A model generated the notes under the pieces. The model was given only the letters and a program-made list of their open reading frames with translations, did not search any database and had not been told where the DNA came from. From positions 48,341,877 to 48,405,876 of the forward strand of contig NC_083429.1 of assembly GCF_020745735.1 (NCBI RefSeq): a stretch of 64,000 bases of DNA, written 5' to 3'. The DNA is from Hemiscyllium ocellatum (lineage: Eukaryota). The translations under genes were made by a program, and so were the position numbers. Positions 60,481 through 64,000 of the stretch are shown piece by piece (the stretch's first letter is position 1; every line of letters starts with the position of its first letter).

Positions 60481-62279
60481 CGCCCAGGGTTGTGTGTGGT
60501 TTAAATGTGCATTGCCCATTGGGTGTGAAGATAGCTTTGAGAGGAAATAATGCTGGTTAAGAGATCCCCGTCAGTCTCTGACAGTGGCCTGTACTGAATT
60601 CACTGTAGAATTCTTCCCAAGTCCAACCTTTCTGATTAACTTATCTTGAAGTAATGCTGCGTGACATTGAGGCAGATTAATAAGGAGCCTCAGTCATCGC
60701 TTCCAGCTCTCGACACCTTCCCAAAGGCATCACTCCACACAGGAGAGAAAAAAAAATAAATCTGTCTTTGGACATGTATCAGGCTGAACACTGGGATTGA
60801 GATTTCTTTTGTGTTTTCGATCAGCTTGGTTCTTTCTGGAGAGAAGCTGGGGGGTGACTGCAAGAATTGTCTTTTCATGTTTGTCTTGAAACACCAGAAA
60901 CGGTTCAAATACGGGAGTGGATTTCGAGTTGAACTGAATTGCAGCAGGTACTTTATTTAAAGAACGTGATCTACCTTGTGTGTCTCTTTGTGAAAGTTAA
61001 CATTTTACGTAGTGCACTTTTACTCATCCAACTAGCTTTTGTGAAAAAGTGTGAAGAGCAATTATCTAATCAAGCTGTTCAGAGATGTTATTACACAGCT
61101 CAGGGGCAGGTGGAACTTGAATGCACACATTATGGCTTCAAGGTGGCGATGCTGTCATTGTAACAGACCAGCCTTGTCAAGGTACAGATAATATTCTGAT
61201 ATTTGCGTGCTGTATCAGGATTAGTAATCAAGCGATAATCGATATTTTCTGAAATTTTTCAATAACACCTATGTGATGTAGACACGTATTTGTGGGGATT
61301 GTTGAGAAACAAATTACAGTGAGACAATTGTGCTGTCTATCTTCGTATTAATAATGATCTGCAGTAAAATCTCTTAGAAACCTAGTTTCCTTAAAGTTGG
61401 TCTCAATCAGACTGGTATAAATCACCTGACTGGAGTAGATCACGTTGCGGAATTGAAACTGGAAAACATGAGTCATATGGTGACAAGAGGTGAGATGTTG
61501 TTTGGTGGTTTGGGCAGAGTCCTTTTGTATATTTCAAACTAAGAGAGATTCTTGATCAGTCAGGGAATCAAGGGTTATGGGGAAAACACCGGAAAGTGGA
61601 CATGAGGAAAGTTGGATCAGTCATGATGCCTTTGAATGGCGAAGCAGTTTGAGGGGTCAAATGGTCTCTTCATGTTTTTATTTTGTATGGCCATGAGCTG
61701 TTGGGGCAGCTGTCCTCTGACACTGCTTCAATTGATCTGGGAGTGTTTAGAGCTGCAGTAGGTGTCAGAATTGGGAAGTGATCCATTTCTGGGAGCAGAA
61801 TTTTCACGTTGAAAAATGATCAGGAAAGAAAGATACTGCCACTAGTTCCAGATGAGAATAAATAAAACAACGTGTTCACTGTCAGCTTAAGTTAAATTTT
61901 CTGATTGCATAATGTAACGTTTCATAATCTGAACATAAACATGTAACTGTTTATATTATTTGAGGCTGAATGAGAAATTTCTGTTGCCAACTAACCAGCA
62001 TGTCATTTCAGGAATGGACAAGCACTTGATGTGGTCAAGCAACATTACTACATCCAGAGTCTGAATGGTGGCAGTAACCTGACTAGTTTAGGAAGGTTTT
62101 GTACCTGAATTGAACTAAATCATCGAGGAGTTTCAAACAGTCATATTCAATGTTTCCCACTGTTACAACAAATCACATTTATATAGCGCCTTTAAGCTAA
62201 AACATTCTATGAAAAGAAGTATGACTTTGAGCCACATAAAGAGATATTAATCAGAGGAGGAGAATCTTAGTCAATGAGG

Positions 62280-62458
62280 TAGGTGGGTACAATTACAACT
62301 TTTTAAAGACATTTGGATAAGTACATGAATAGGAAAGGTTTGAAGGGATAGTTAGCCAGAGTAGGCAGGTGGGACTAGCTTAGTTTGGGATCACAATCAG
62401 CATGGACTGGTTGGACCGAAGGGTCTGTTTCTGTGCTGCATGACTCTATGACTCTATG
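62280..62458 (+). mobile_element. CR1/HER1 3' tail
   Basis: Matches 21535-21708, including (ctatgact)n. Confidence 0.8.
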
Positions 62459-63009
62459 TTGAGTGGTCTTTCGCTTTTCATTGAACATCATAGCACATAT
62501 TAATCCTGCATCTTTTAAAATAATTGGCTACAATGTATAAAAAGGTAATTGAAAGGAATGGTTATCATTTAAGAAATTAAACAGATAAAACGGTTATTAA
62601 TTTTGTTGGTATTACTTTGATCTATGACAGTCATGGTCATGTCAGTTCAAGTTATAGTGGGAAATAATTGTATTAGGGCATATAAATGTATTTCAGGACA
62701 CATTTAACTCATGGTGTTTATCTTTATTTATATATTTCTGTCTTAAACGTTTGTGTCCACATTTATAATGAAATCTATCTATGTAAACTTGTCACATTGT
62801 GATTGCAACCTCTTGCCAGTAGTGGTATGTGGTGCACCAAATCACAGGAAGTAGGTGTGACAGATACAGGAGTGCATCCTGTATACATAAGAAAGATAAT
62901 AAAATGCGAAGTGCAGTGCTCCACACCAAAAGAAACCTTTACGGAAAAATCTGATTCATGTTTTAATTCCAGGTCTTCGTTTCAGCATAAACATTAAACA
63001 ATTTTTGAA

Positions 63010-63318
63010 ACCATAGAATTCCTACAGTGTGGAAGCAAGCCATCCAGCCCATTGAGTTATCACTGATCCTCGGAAGAGCTTCCCACCCAGACCCACCCCC
63101 TGACCCTATCCTATCCCTGTAATGCTGCACTCCCCATGGCCAATCCACCTAATCAGCGCATCTTTGGACTGTGGAAGGAAACCAGAGCACCCAGAGGAAA
63201 CCACACAGACATGGAGAGAATGTGCAAACTCCATACAGATAGTCACCTGAGGGTGAAATCAAACCCAGGTCCCTGGCGCTGTGAGGCAGCAGTGTTAACC
63301 ACTGAGCCACAGTGTCAT
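63010..63318 (-). mobile_element. HE1/V-SINE
   Basis: Reverse complement of the SINE head and core. Confidence 0.85.
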
Positions 63319-64000
63319 TCCAAATGGCAAGGATGAATAATGAGCTACCAATAAAGACCATTATTAAGCAGTTGATTTGTAAATATCACAAAACATGCTG
63401 AAAACCTTTGAGTTAATTTATCCATTTGTTCCACAATTTACCCCTCTTGTTTATCTGTCTTAGACTTGAAATCTTGTAGAGCTTTGTGGAATCTAGAGAA
63501 TGGTAGAATAAAGTGCCAAGAACCCATTAGTTGTCCAAGTGTTGTCGATGAATCATTTGTGAGAAGATAGAAATTTAAGAAGACTTATTTGAGTAGCACC
63601 TATGGAATCCTACACATATAGGTCCAAGCCTGATATCCATGACATGGTAGGTTCAGTACATCAATCTGAGGACTGACACCAAATAGAGACCAGGACCTTC
63701 CCATGGCAAAGAGAAAATGTGATAAATTTATTAAATAATTCTATTTCAAGAGGGTTCTCCCACAGTCTGAATGGATGTCGGGATGACACGGTTTCCTGGT
63801 AGATTTCCCTTTTATTTGGTACAGGGAAGGGAACAACAGTGAATTCCAGATTACTCACATTAAGAGGAGGCCCTGTGTAGTTGTCCAGAAAGGCACAGCA
63901 ACAATAACTTTGTAGAGGCCAATGAGGAAAAAAGAGCTGGTCTTTAAAAGATTATTCTTGAAGAAGATGATTCTTTACAATTATTAGGAACACTGCTGGC

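Overview
Eukaryotic, repeat-dense vertebrate DNA, very probably a shark (inferred from HE1/V-SINE copies, CR1/HER1-type LINEs and a Gig2 gene family). The only intact host-type genes are two tandem Gig2-like genes (165 aa, PARP/ART catalytic fold) at 44551-45048 and 50708-51205. Each lies in a ~6 kb duplicated unit with an ISRE, a predicted non-coding exon 1, a 5'UTR intron and a polyA signal. The copies are nearly identical from codon 59 onward (probable gene conversion) but differ strongly around the predicted NAD-binding D-loop. Other content: an ~8.4 kb minus-strand class I endogenous retrovirus (two LTRs, tRNA-His PBS, degenerate env, pol apparently lacking RT and the integrase core), a decayed Gypsy LTR element, Harbinger transposase and Myb/SANT remnants, a Rex1-like LINE end, and many CR1 and SINE fragments. 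The strongest non-ORF signal is about 20 short Penelope-derived insertions from about five sequence families. Most carry a minimal type I hammerhead ribozyme motif (CUGANGA...GAAA...UH), many are palindromic, several have 11-17 bp target-site duplications, and their 5' ends cluster at the ribozyme's 5' edge. Repeat boundaries were read by eye and are approximate (tens of bp).
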